Origin: Candidatus Latescibacterota bacterium
GTDB lineage: Bacteria > Latescibacterota > UBA2968 > SICM01
Assembly: GCA_965217865.1 (NCBI GenBank)
Contig: CBDCJO010000002.1
Span: 3,968,001-4,032,000 of the forward strand
DNA length: 64,000 bases
Direction of reading: 5' to 3'
In this document: piece after piece, positions 10,204 to 19,219 of the stretch
Layout of the letters: every line of letters begins with the position of its first letter
Numbering within the stretch: the stretch's first letter is position 1
The notes under the pieces: model-generated
Seen by the model: only the letters and a program-made list of their open reading frames with translations
Databases searched by the model: none
Told to the model about the DNA's origin: nothing
Position numbers and translations under genes: made by a program

Positions 10204-11361
10204 TCAGGTGGGCGCGATGATGGTGCCCTGTATACTGAAGAAGTATTCGTAGTCCACAGGATGTCCGGTGCGTTCCTTCCCCCGGTCGGTCGCCTGTTGC
10301 ACGATGAAGTAACGCCCATCATCCACAGGTACCATTACCGGTGCGTCACACGGTATGACTTCGGTGGCATCGTCGAGAGGCGGGAGCTCCAGGTCGCGTC
10401 GCCAGGTTTCACCCCCGTCGTCGCTGATGAAGAGCACGTTGAAGGTGCGCCGGTTCCGCTTGCGGTAGATTTCACGCCCTTTTGCGCAGCCCTCGCAGCC
10501 CACGGCCATCAGGAGGCGGCCGTCCGGTGTCTCCCAAAGATCCGGCATCTTTCCCTGGATTCCGATGGGTTTCGGCGTTGACCATGTCCGGCCACCGTCG
10601 GTAGAGCGGACCATCCCGAAGGTGCGACTGGGCTCCTGCCCCGGCATGTCCCGGATGACGGCCAAAAGCGTGCCGTCACGTCGCTCGAGGATGTTGGTCT
10701 CATTTCCCCAGGCCGTGTCAATGTCCTCGAAAGGCCCCCAGGACCACCCGCCGTTGCGGGAGCGGAAATACCCCGTCATTCCCTTCCGCCTCCCGGTTGC
10801 GGGGTCAGGCGGAAACCTCCCGTTGGCCGGAAGCAACAGGTCTCCGGACTGCAGCTCGATTATCCTGCCGAAATCATAGAACCTTGTACCTTCAGGTGCG
10901 CCACCCACAGCGATGTTGGTCCACGTCTGGCCATGGTCCCCGGAACGAAGACAGTGAACGTGGCCTACACCGTGACCCGGAGTGAGGTCGTACATCGCGA
11001 TCATAACGGCCTCGTAATCCATGTCGTGGTCACCCTTGGGAGGCTCACCGGGGGCATCGTCTCGCTTGGGCGTAATATGGTAGGTCACCGGCAGCAGGAT
11101 ATTGCCGTCACGCATGGTCATCAGACCGACATCCGCCAGGATTGAGGCTCGAGGGTCCAGGGCTTTCCAGATCGTTTCCGGGTGGCTCCAGGTACGACCC
11201 TCGTCCCGCGAGCGGATGATCTGGAGCTCGGAGCCGCGGGGAAAGGGCTCCCACCGGGTAGAGAGGGCACAAATCAGTTCCCCCACCGCCGAAACTGTCA
11301 CAGCCGGTTTGCAGGCCGGCGGTGGCGCCACAAGTCCGTTGTACTCAACCCTGTAATCCAT
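10204..11361 (-). CDS. BNR/Asp-box repeat (sialidase-fold) protein, no signal peptide
   Basis: Five Asp-boxes: SRDEGRTW, SGDHGQTW, SRNGGWSW, STDGGRTW, SDDGGETW. Confidence 0.85.
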   Translation of the reverse strand: MDYRVEYNGLVAPPPACKPAVTVSAVGELICALSTRWEPFPRGSELQIIRSRDEGRTWSHPETIWKALDPRASILADVGLMTMRDGNILLPVTYHITPKRDDAPGEPPKGDHDMDYEAVMIAMYDLTPGHGVGHVHCLRSGDHGQTWTNIAVGGAPEGTRFYDFGRIIELQSGDLLLPANGRFPPDPATGRRKGMTGYFRSRNGGWSWGPFEDIDTAWGNETNILERRDGTLLAVIRDMPGQEPSRTFGMVRSTDGGRTWSTPKPIGIQGKMPDLWETPDGRLLMAVGCEGCAKGREIYRKRNRRTFNVLFISDDGGETWRRDLELPPLDDATEVIPCDAPVMVPVDDGRYFIVQQATDRGKERTGHPVDYEYFFSIQGTIIAPT

Positions 11362-11481
11362 GACCAACCATTCTTCCCGAACAGTCCGGGGGGGTCTGAG
11401 ACAGCTGTTCTGCAGAACTACGTAGACTCCGCTCTTTTTGGTTTCTAATTGTATTCAGCTTCCAGGCGGTTAGGGCCTCGA

Positions 11482-12372
11482 TCACTGCCCGTCGAAGAAC
11501 CGAACGCTTTCGAGAGATCGGCGCAATGCTTTCGTCTCGGTCTCGTCGAAGGAGCGCATCGGGGTTCGAGGGACACCGCAAGGCAATCCCATCCAGGCCA
11601 GGATCTGTTTGATTCCCGCGAAACCAGACGGCCCCTCCATGGCGCTCATGATTTCGTTGAGACGAGACTGGGTTCGCGCTGCCAGGTCCATATCCTTTGC
11701 CTGAAAGGCGTCCCAGAGCGCGACGAAAAGGCCGGGCATGGCGTTGTAGGTCAGCCCGATTCCCCCACAGGCCCCGGTCAGAAGGCCGCCGAGCAGGACG
11801 GAGTCTTCGCCGCTAAAGATCACCGTGCCCTTTCTTCTTGCCAGAAACTTGCCCATCGAATAGACATCACCGCTCGAATCCTTCATCCCGACGATGTTCT
11901 GGACCTCGAGGAGCTGATCGAACAGCTCCAGCGTCATGGTGATGCCGGTGCGCTGGGGGATGTTGTAGACGAGCAGAGGACGGTCGGTAGACCCGGCCAG
12001 ATCGGTGTAATAGCGGACCAGGGCGGGCGTATCGACCGGGTAGAAGTAGGCTGGGGGCAAGGCAGCGATGGCATCGGCACCGGCCTCCCCGGCGTGTTTG
12101 GCCAGGGCGAGGGTGTCGGCTGTTTGAAACGCGCCCACGTGGGCGATGACGCCGGCTCGTCCCCGCACTTCGTCGATGACTGTCTCGAGCACTTCCCGCC
12201 GTTCGTCCCGGGTAAGGAGCATACCTTCACCCGTTCCCCCGCATACATAGAAGCCGTGTACGCCTGCTTCGAGCTGGTGTCGCACGATCCTGCGCATAGA
12301 CTGCGGATCAAAGGCCCCTGAGTCGTCGAACGGGGTGACGATGGCGGGGTAGATACCCTTGAGCTCTCGCAT
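11482..12372 (-). CDS. DapA-family lyase, N-acetylneuraminate lyase-like
   Basis: GFYVCGGTGEG, VYNIP and GMKDSSGD motifs. Confidence 0.88.
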   Translation of the reverse strand: MRELKGIYPAIVTPFDDSGAFDPQSMRRIVRHQLEAGVHGFYVCGGTGEGMLLTRDERREVLETVIDEVRGRAGVIAHVGAFQTADTLALAKHAGEAGADAIAALPPAYFYPVDTPALVRYYTDLAGSTDRPLLVYNIPQRTGITMTLELFDQLLEVQNIVGMKDSSGDVYSMGKFLARRKGTVIFSGEDSVLLGGLLTGACGGIGLTYNAMPGLFVALWDAFQAKDMDLAARTQSRLNEIMSAMEGPSGFAGIKQILAWMGLPCGVPRTPMRSFDETETKALRRSLESVRFFDGQ

Positions 12373-12486
12373 GGTTTTTCTCCTCTACAAAATTATAGGA
12401 AAATGAAAAATGAAAAATAGAAAATGGAAATTTTAAAATATGAATCACAAGCATCGCATCGGAATGAATTTCCGAACAGTGAAACC

Positions 12487-13359
12487 TTAAATTGCCTGGA
12501 GTCGGGATGGAAGCGCGATGGGTTCCCCGTTCCTGCAGACGTGAGGAAAGCTGTCCCCTGCCTCCGACATGGGGGCCCCGTCTTTTAGGTTAACGAACTG
12601 TTTCATGACGTGACCACCCTCCCCTACGAAGCGGGCTTCTCCGGTCATGTAATGGATGGCGATTGCCCGTCGATGGCGGTCGGAATGATTCGGGGGCGAG
12701 CTGTGCCACGTCAGGGAATGATGGAACGACACCGCACCTTTTTTGACAGGTCGGGAACAGGGAACAACGGTTTTGACCTCAGCGCCTTCGGGCGGGGTGA
12801 AGCCCTTGATATTCTTCAGGTCTTCCCGCTCGTTCAGGTGACCCTGTGCCCTGAGGAATTCCGATTGAATTCCCCAGTTGTGACTGCCGGGCACCATCCA
12901 CATGCAGCCGTTTTCCTCATCCGCATCGTCCAGCGCGATCCAGGCCGATACGGGCGTGCTGGGACGGAGGATCCGCCAGGCCGGTGCGTCCTGGTGCCAG
13001 TGAAGTCCCCCGCCGGAGTTCGGGGGTTTGTACTGGATCTGGTCGTGCCAGATCATCAAGTCCGGCTGGCCGGTCAGCAGGCTCATCCCCTCGACGATGT
13101 AAGGGTTGTAGAGCAACCGCTCGAAGGGTTGCGAGGCCATCCAGATGTTGACGATCTGCAGGCTCTCGCTTGCAGTGCCGGTATCGGAGTACTGGATTCG
13201 GGCGGGACGGGATTCGCCGGGAGCAAAACCGTCTGCACCTATTTCAATAATGCGATCCAGGTCGGCCCTCAGCTCGTCGACTTCGTCGTCGTCGAGGATC
13301 CGATCCCCGTCGAGAAAACCGGTTCGTTTAAATTCAGCCACTTGGGCAGGGGTGAGCAT
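12487..13359 (-). CDS. Phytanoyl-CoA dioxygenase (PhyH) family Fe(II)/2OG dioxygenase
   Basis: WHQD (HxD), WIALDDADEENGCMWMVPGSH and TWHSSPPN..RRA motifs. Confidence 0.92.
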   Translation of the reverse strand: MLTPAQVAEFKRTGFLDGDRILDDDEVDELRADLDRIIEIGADGFAPGESRPARIQYSDTGTASESLQIVNIWMASQPFERLLYNPYIVEGMSLLTGQPDLMIWHDQIQYKPPNSGGGLHWHQDAPAWRILRPSTPVSAWIALDDADEENGCMWMVPGSHNWGIQSEFLRAQGHLNEREDLKNIKGFTPPEGAEVKTVVPCSRPVKKGAVSFHHSLTWHSSPPNHSDRHRRAIAIHYMTGEARFVGEGGHVMKQFVNLKDGAPMSEAGDSFPHVCRNGEPIALPSRLQAI

Positions 13360-13763
13360 AGGAAAACCTCCTATCGTTCGTTAGTCGGGTTTCAGGTGTC
13401 AGTGATCAGGTCACGATCTCAACCTTCAGAACCAGACTCTATTCCTGCGTCTCACGTTTGCTTTTTCAAATTTTCCTATCGCGACCTTCGGTTCTCAGCC
13501 GCAACCCAAATCCTTGGCCTTATGTGGCCAAAAATTGTGGGACCGGTCTCCAGACCGGGAACTGGCTCTGAAGGGCCAAGATCCCTTCACAGAGGATTTT
13601 TTTGGCTGATGCCCTTATTCCCCGACTGGAGTCGGGTCTCACAAATCTAAGGGATTATTCCATTACCTATTAATGTGGGGTCCGGTATGCTCCCTCACCC
13701 CGCCTCGCAAGCCCGGCACCCCTATCCCGGTTGCCGGGAGAGGGGAAGTTCTGTTGAATGACT

Positions 13764-15239
13764 CTAAATCTCATCCAGGGGATAGAGGGGTCGGGTTACG
13801 TGTGAAAACTTCACCTTTCGCAAGTCCGCCCGGGTGGGACCCGGCGTGTCAGCCATCAGGAGACGATCCGCAAGGGGGGCGAAGGACACCTTGAAGTGCG
13901 AAGGGGATTTGACGAAGACCAGGGCCGCATCCTCAGGGTCCAAGCCAACTGCATGATACATCGCGGGATCCCATTCGAAAGACGGCTTAGATCTCAGGCT
14001 CAGCCGAATGCTCCCGATTGCCAATACCGCGGTCAAGCCCATATTCATATTCAATCCGGTGAGGCCCTGCCCCTTCAGGGAATAAGCCCCATCGGTCAAG
14101 AGGCGGACCGTTCCGGTGATGCTCAGCGGCTCTCCATCGTCGGTCGATACACTGTGTCCCACAGAAAGCCGGAGCTCCTTTCCAACCCCGGAAACCTGAG
14201 CGGCACGCGCAGCCTCCGCATCACAGAGCCCCAGGTAAGTGGACCGGTCTGCGCGATCCGCTCCCTGGACGAGCAGTTCGCGAAGAACCGCTACGTTGTC
14301 TGCGGAAGAGCCTCCGGTGGGGGCGTCACCGAGATCCCCGACGACGGTCAGGCCGCGTGGGGCCTCCAGACCGATGCGGACGGCCTCCTCAAGCGACACC
14401 AGGTCCGGATCAAACTCCTTCCGGGCGGTCCAGGCCATATCGGCCAGCTCGTCGGCCGCGGCCTGTGCTGCATCGGGATCGCCATCTGTTACGGCCACGG
14501 CTGCAAAAGCGAGGTCGGGTATGTCCATCCAGGGTTGGACGGGAAAGAGCGATGCGTGGAGGACGCGACCCGAATTCTCCATGGTGCGTGCGGCTTTCAC
14601 AATCCGGGACAATGGACCGTCGGTCGTACGTGCCGTAACGGCGCTGACGAGCATCGGCCGTTTGGCAAGTGCAGTCTCGGGGCTGCGATTGCCCCGAAGC
14701 GTTTCGATAAACAATCTGGCCGCCCTAACCCCGGTTTCATAGATGTCGATGTGCGGGTATTCTTGGTATCCGACGATAAAGGTCGCGTTCTTCACCATAC
14801 GGGGCGTGAGGTGCGCGTGGAGATCGAGGCTCACTCCGATGGGAAGGGTGTTCCCTACAACGGACCTTATCGCCTCAAGGAGCGAACCCTCCCCGTCGGG
14901 TTCGTCCTCCATGACCATGGCACCGTGAAGCGCCAGGAGGATGCCATCCACAGGGAGAGCCGCTTCAAGTCTCTTGATCAATTCTCCGGCAAGATGATCG
15001 AAGGTCTCCCGGGTCAGCGGGCCGCCGGCAGCGCCAAATGCCGCGATCAGGGGTATGGGTGTGGCGCCTTCCTCTCGAAAGACTTCGAGGAAGGCCGGGA
15101 CTTCAACCCGGGCGTCCTGATATCCGGTGAACAACGCTTGGTCGTAGAGCAGGTAGTAGGAGGCAAAGTCGTCCAGGGTGGTCCGGGTCGGAACAAAGCT
15201 GTTGGTTTCCTGTATAAGACTGCCGATGGCGATACGCAT
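13764..15239 (-). CDS. MlrC-like M81 metallopeptidase/amidohydrolase
   Basis: QETNSF, LALHGAM, SLDLHAH, YPHID, DAPTGG, VKSPSHF and RPLYPLD motifs. Confidence 0.92.
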   Translation of the reverse strand: MRIAIGSLIQETNSFVPTRTTLDDFASYYLLYDQALFTGYQDARVEVPAFLEVFREEGATPIPLIAAFGAAGGPLTRETFDHLAGELIKRLEAALPVDGILLALHGAMVMEDEPDGEGSLLEAIRSVVGNTLPIGVSLDLHAHLTPRMVKNATFIVGYQEYPHIDIYETGVRAARLFIETLRGNRSPETALAKRPMLVSAVTARTTDGPLSRIVKAARTMENSGRVLHASLFPVQPWMDIPDLAFAAVAVTDGDPDAAQAAADELADMAWTARKEFDPDLVSLEEAVRIGLEAPRGLTVVGDLGDAPTGGSSADNVAVLRELLVQGADRADRSTYLGLCDAEAARAAQVSGVGKELRLSVGHSVSTDDGEPLSITGTVRLLTDGAYSLKGQGLTGLNMNMGLTAVLAIGSIRLSLRSKPSFEWDPAMYHAVGLDPEDAALVFVKSPSHFKVSFAPLADRLLMADTPGPTRADLRKVKFSHVTRPLYPLDEI

Positions 15240-15323
15240 TTCGAATTTCGGATCGTTGATCTGTCAATTGGGATTGCTGAAGCAGGATGATTTTGCGGAA
15301 CATGATTCCACTGTCGGATCCGT

Positions 15324-16100
15324 TCAGCCGGAGATCTTTATATCCTGAATGAGCGATGCACTTTCTCTATCCAGGTAGAGGTGCGCATTCGGGTGTGTCT
15401 TGAGTATCGTCGCTGGACAGTCTTCAGAAACGGGTTCCGAAAGGAGTTTCCGGACGGCCTCGGCCTTGTTCTTGAAGGGGACCACAGCGATCAGAAAGGG
15501 GGCCTCCATCACTTTCGGAACGGTCGTAGTGATTCCCTTTCTGGGGATGGCTGCCCCCCCGAGAAATTCGTCCCTTTCGAGCTGTGATCGCGAGGTTTCC
15601 GGGAGCGTGATGATGCGCGTCAGGTTCGTGTCCTGGAAATCGGTCTGACCCTGTTCGTTGAGCCCGATGTGGCCGGACTCTCCAACCCCGATACAGGCGA
15701 TGTGGAGCTGGTTTTTTTTCAAGACATTTTCATAACGAGCCCGTTCAATTTCGGCATCCGGTGCGCAGCAGTTCACCCGATCGATCCACCCAGGACACGC
15801 GGAATCGTAAAGGAAGGCGTCAAGGCATGCACCGACGCTGAAGCGAGGGTCCATCGAGGGGTCCCAGTAGTCGTCGATGTTGAAGGCGTGGACCCGGTTC
15901 CAGTCGATTTCTTTTTGGGTCATAAGCTCACGCTGGAAGGCCTTCTGTGATTCCGCACCTCCGAACATGATGTTTACTTTTTCCGCTTCCTCGAAAGTCA
16001 GGTAAGCCTTTGTGACTGCTTTTGCGGCCTCCCGGGCCATGGCATCGGTGGTCGGATAGATGAAGACGGAAAGTTTGTCATTCTTGAAATGTGTCGTCAT
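15324..16100 (-). CDS. Glucosamine-6-phosphate deaminase/isomerase (NagB-like) family
   Basis: FNIDDY, IGVGESGHIGLNE, CPATILKTHPNAHLYLD motifs. Confidence 0.85.
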   Translation of the reverse strand: MTTHFKNDKLSVFIYPTTDAMAREAAKAVTKAYLTFEEAEKVNIMFGGAESQKAFQRELMTQKEIDWNRVHAFNIDDYWDPSMDPRFSVGACLDAFLYDSACPGWIDRVNCCAPDAEIERARYENVLKKNQLHIACIGVGESGHIGLNEQGQTDFQDTNLTRIITLPETSRSQLERDEFLGGAAIPRKGITTTVPKVMEAPFLIAVVPFKNKAEAVRKLLSEPVSEDCPATILKTHPNAHLYLDRESASLIQDIKISG

Positions 16101-16351
16101 AGATGGTTCCAGGTTGAAGTCAAGTCAAATTCCTTTTGCTTCTCCCAAGGTAGATGAACGATGATCGTTTTTGACCAGTTTAATATATTTTTTCAAGGAA
16201 AACAAGGTTTTAGCGTTAATGCTGACAACTCTTTGTGAATAATAGGACTTGGTTGACCTCTCGGAAGCCACCGTTGTTCTCTTGTCCGGAGTCACCTAAC
16301 CCGTTGAACCCAGCCTGCATCGAAAGGCTACTTGCCGGCCTTTTTGACTTC

Positions 16352-16380
16352 TTGACATCCAACATATCCCCCAGTACATT
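16352..16380 (+). promoter_or_regulatory. sigma70 promoter for the 16467 gene
   Basis: TTGACA-17 bp-TACATT. Confidence 0.7.
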
Positions 16381-16466
16381 CATCCACCTATTTCACTCCT
16401 AATGATCGTTCGTGCATCAGGCGAAACGGTCATATCACAAGCGAACACACAAGGAGCGCATGGACC

Positions 16467-18473
16467 ATGAGCACGTACTGTATCATTCTAGATCCGCTGG
16501 CCGGGCAGGACGCGGCGTGTGCCGTTGGTGCCGAATACCTGATAAACGCTATGACTCGAATTGGATACGAGGAAGCATCCTCTGACCGAGCCGAGGTTAC
16601 GATAAAGACGCACTGCGTCAAGGGCCAGGAAGAAGAATTCGTGATCGAACCGCTCAAAGACGGAAAGGGCCTTCAGGTCAGCGGAACGCCGGCGGGCGCA
16701 GCCTATGGCCTGGTCTCTCTTTCGGAGCGTCTGACGATAGATGGGCCGAACTGGGAATTGGGTTATTCGTCAAAGCCTGCCTTCAGCGAGCGAATGTTTT
16801 CGGAGGAGGGACAGTTGCTCGCTTTCCCCGATTGGGGGTTCTGGAGCGATGACCCGCCATACGTCAATGAAGAGGTTTTGGACGAGGAGATCGAGGAGGT
16901 CAAGAGACTGGTCCCACACCTTGTTCGAAACGGGTTCAACGCGTTTTGCCTCGCGCACATGAATGTCGATGAGTATATCGACTACCAATACGTAGGCAGA
17001 CCTGTGCTCCGGGAAAACGACCGTCACCGGGATCGCTCCAAGGTATTTTGCAGTAAGATGACGGACCTCATAGAGTATTTCCACAGGCACCACATCAAAG
17101 TTTACGTACAGGTTTACGAGTTTTCCTACCCCTACACCATGGCGGAACATGAGCTGGTGGAAACATACGAAGGACGCAATAAGTTTTATGCTGCGCGCTA
17201 TCGCGAATTCTTCGAGCGCGTGCCTTATGACGGTGTTGTCATGACCGTGGGGGAGCCTCATTGCCGGGCGGGTTATCTGGGTAAGCACGTTATTAAAAGG
17301 ATTCCTCCATATGAATATGATGCGGCAGACGCAGCACCCCTTGCAGACTTCATGCATGAGCTTATATCGGAGCAGCTCGGAAAGCGCTTGTACTTCAGGC
17401 TGTGGGGTTATTGTACGGCGAGGGCGAGTTTTGACGTCCAGAAGTGGCGGAGCTTCAGTGCTGCGCTCAGATCCAAAGTGGATTTGGCTTCCAAGTCTTC
17501 TAACGGTGACTTCTGGATTCACCAAAACGAAAGTCCATTGTTCCACGAACCTACTGCCGACGGTCGGATTTCCATGTACATCTTCGACGGGTACCGGCAA
17601 TACGAAGGGTGGGGCGAAATGTTCTGCGTCCCCAAGGATTGGGGGGCAAGACTGCGGCTCAGCCTTCTACGGGGAGCCCGTTGCGTCAATATGTGGGGAC
17701 CATGGAGCGGATATCTCCACTACACGGGTGCTGTTACGCCTGTAGATTGGCCCCTGTTTGGGAGCTGGCGGGGCGTTCAAAGTCACCACCATGTATTCAC
17801 CCGTGGCTTTAAGCCGGGAGAAGCAAACGTCTATCTGTTTGGGCGCCTGGCCTGGGATCCCGAATGTTCGATAGAACAGGCGGCACACGACTGGGCTGTG
17901 CTCCATTATGGTGAACGGAATGCGTCTGCAGTCCGGGAGATTTTGGAACTATCCGAGATCCCGTGGCGCCTGGTCTACCTGAAGGGCGAGCGACAGGCGA
18001 ATGTGAGAAATGTCACGACCTTCCAGTATGATCCGGAGAAGACCCGATCCTTCCTGACACACAATACGTTAGAAGAAGTGGAGGCCAAACACGATCAGGC
18101 ACTGTCCACAGCAAAGCGTATAGCACAATTGAGTGAAGGCGCGGATGAAGATGCGGTACCCAATCCCGAAGCTCTCTCGGCTCTGCGTCGCGGGACGCGG
18201 TTGGGGGAGTTGTATTTGGGGGTTCTGATGCGTTACATCGCCAATCTTTTCCGTGAGCGGCAGATGGAAGCGGCCTCGAAGGAGGAACAGAGCCGGCTTC
18301 TGTCCAGCATAAAGACATCGCTGGATGAGATGGACGATCTCTTCGAGTCATGGTCATCGTTTGAACCCGAAGCCAGCGACTGGAACATTACGGCGAGCCC
18401 GAAATGGCGTGAAGACAAAATGGTTACGCTCAAAGACCGGGCTATGGCACTGCGGAAAAGGTGGAACTTATAA
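16467..18473 (+). CDS. Hypothetical glycoside hydrolase-like protein (GH20/GH67-like N-terminal domain plus probable TIM barrel)
   Basis: EEFVI...VSG...GAAYG...PAFSER N-domain pattern; ANVYLFGRLAWDP resembles the GH67-type C-region. Confidence 0.6.
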   Translation: MSTYCIILDPLAGQDAACAVGAEYLINAMTRIGYEEASSDRAEVTIKTHCVKGQEEEFVIEPLKDGKGLQVSGTPAGAAYGLVSLSERLTIDGPNWELGYSSKPAFSERMFSEEGQLLAFPDWGFWSDDPPYVNEEVLDEEIEEVKRLVPHLVRNGFNAFCLAHMNVDEYIDYQYVGRPVLRENDRHRDRSKVFCSKMTDLIEYFHRHHIKVYVQVYEFSYPYTMAEHELVETYEGRNKFYAARYREFFERVPYDGVVMTVGEPHCRAGYLGKHVIKRIPPYEYDAADAAPLADFMHELISEQLGKRLYFRLWGYCTARASFDVQKWRSFSAALRSKVDLASKSSNGDFWIHQNESPLFHEPTADGRISMYIFDGYRQYEGWGEMFCVPKDWGARLRLSLLRGARCVNMWGPWSGYLHYTGAVTPVDWPLFGSWRGVQSHHHVFTRGFKPGEANVYLFGRLAWDPECSIEQAAHDWAVLHYGERNASAVREILELSEIPWRLVYLKGERQANVRNVTTFQYDPEKTRSFLTHNTLEEVEAKHDQALSTAKRIAQLSEGADEDAVPNPEALSALRRGTRLGELYLGVLMRYIANLFRERQMEAASKEEQSRLLSSIKTSLDEMDDLFESWSSFEPEASDWNITASPKWREDKMVTLKDRAMALRKRWNL

Positions 18474-18639
18474 CCCGTGGATCGTGGTTCGTGGATCGGA
18501 AAGAAGAGCCGTCAAACGTGAGACGTGAGACGGGAAAGGCAGGGATTGGAGGCACGTGGCCTGGGATGCTAGCGTCATTCCAAAATGACCCGGGATTCTC
18601 TTCGCTCAGCCGCAACAAAAAAGATGTAGGCATCTTTGC

Positions 18640-18705
18640 GTAGAAGAATCGCGCGGGAATGAATTCCCGCGCTACGTATACAAAGTCCGCCGCAGGCGGA
18701 CTCCC
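18640..18705. repeat. REP-like double hairpin, copy 1
   Basis: GCGCGGGAAT-GA-ATTCCCGCGC followed by AGTCCGCC-GCA-GGCGGACT; near-identical copy at 25884..25950. Confidence 0.85.
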
Positions 18706-18886
18706 ACCCAACATCACAATGGTATGACTTCTGCAGTTCTGTGGAAGGATCGAATTTGTCCTCTTTTGTTCCTTCTTCCTTATTAGTCCGGCTTGTCCGG
18801 ACTTCTTATTTGTAGCGAGGGAATTTGTTCCCTCGCCGTCTGGAGTCATTTCACCTTGACAAAGATGGGTAGGTGACGGGATTATA

Positions 18887-18955
18887 TGGGAGGGACGCCG
18901 TCCCCGGCGTCCGCTAACATCCCGGTCTTAAGGTCAGGGATTTTCAGAATCCCAA
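18887..18955. repeat. REP-like element with an inverted copy at 39121..39192
   Basis: GGAGGGACGCCG.CCCCGGCGTCCGCTAACATCC...GTCAG...TTTTCAGAATCCC is shared in reverse complement. Confidence 0.8.
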
Positions 18956-19219
18956 GGGGTCAAGGGTTTGGAGGTTTTCAGAGCGAATTGGGTGAATTTT
19001 AATGATGAACGGATCGATTAGGGGGGGAAGCGTTGTCGGCATCGGTTAACCGATTACGGCCCGCGAGGCCGCGGGCCCTCCCGGATACGGGTCGTTGATG
19101 ATGGGAATGCAACCTCGCGCCCAAAACCAATGGTTCAGGACCTGAGAATAGAAGGATCCTTCGACTACGCGGCAAAAACCGCCGCTCCGCTCAGGACGTG
19201 GCTTTCGAAACAATCTGCT

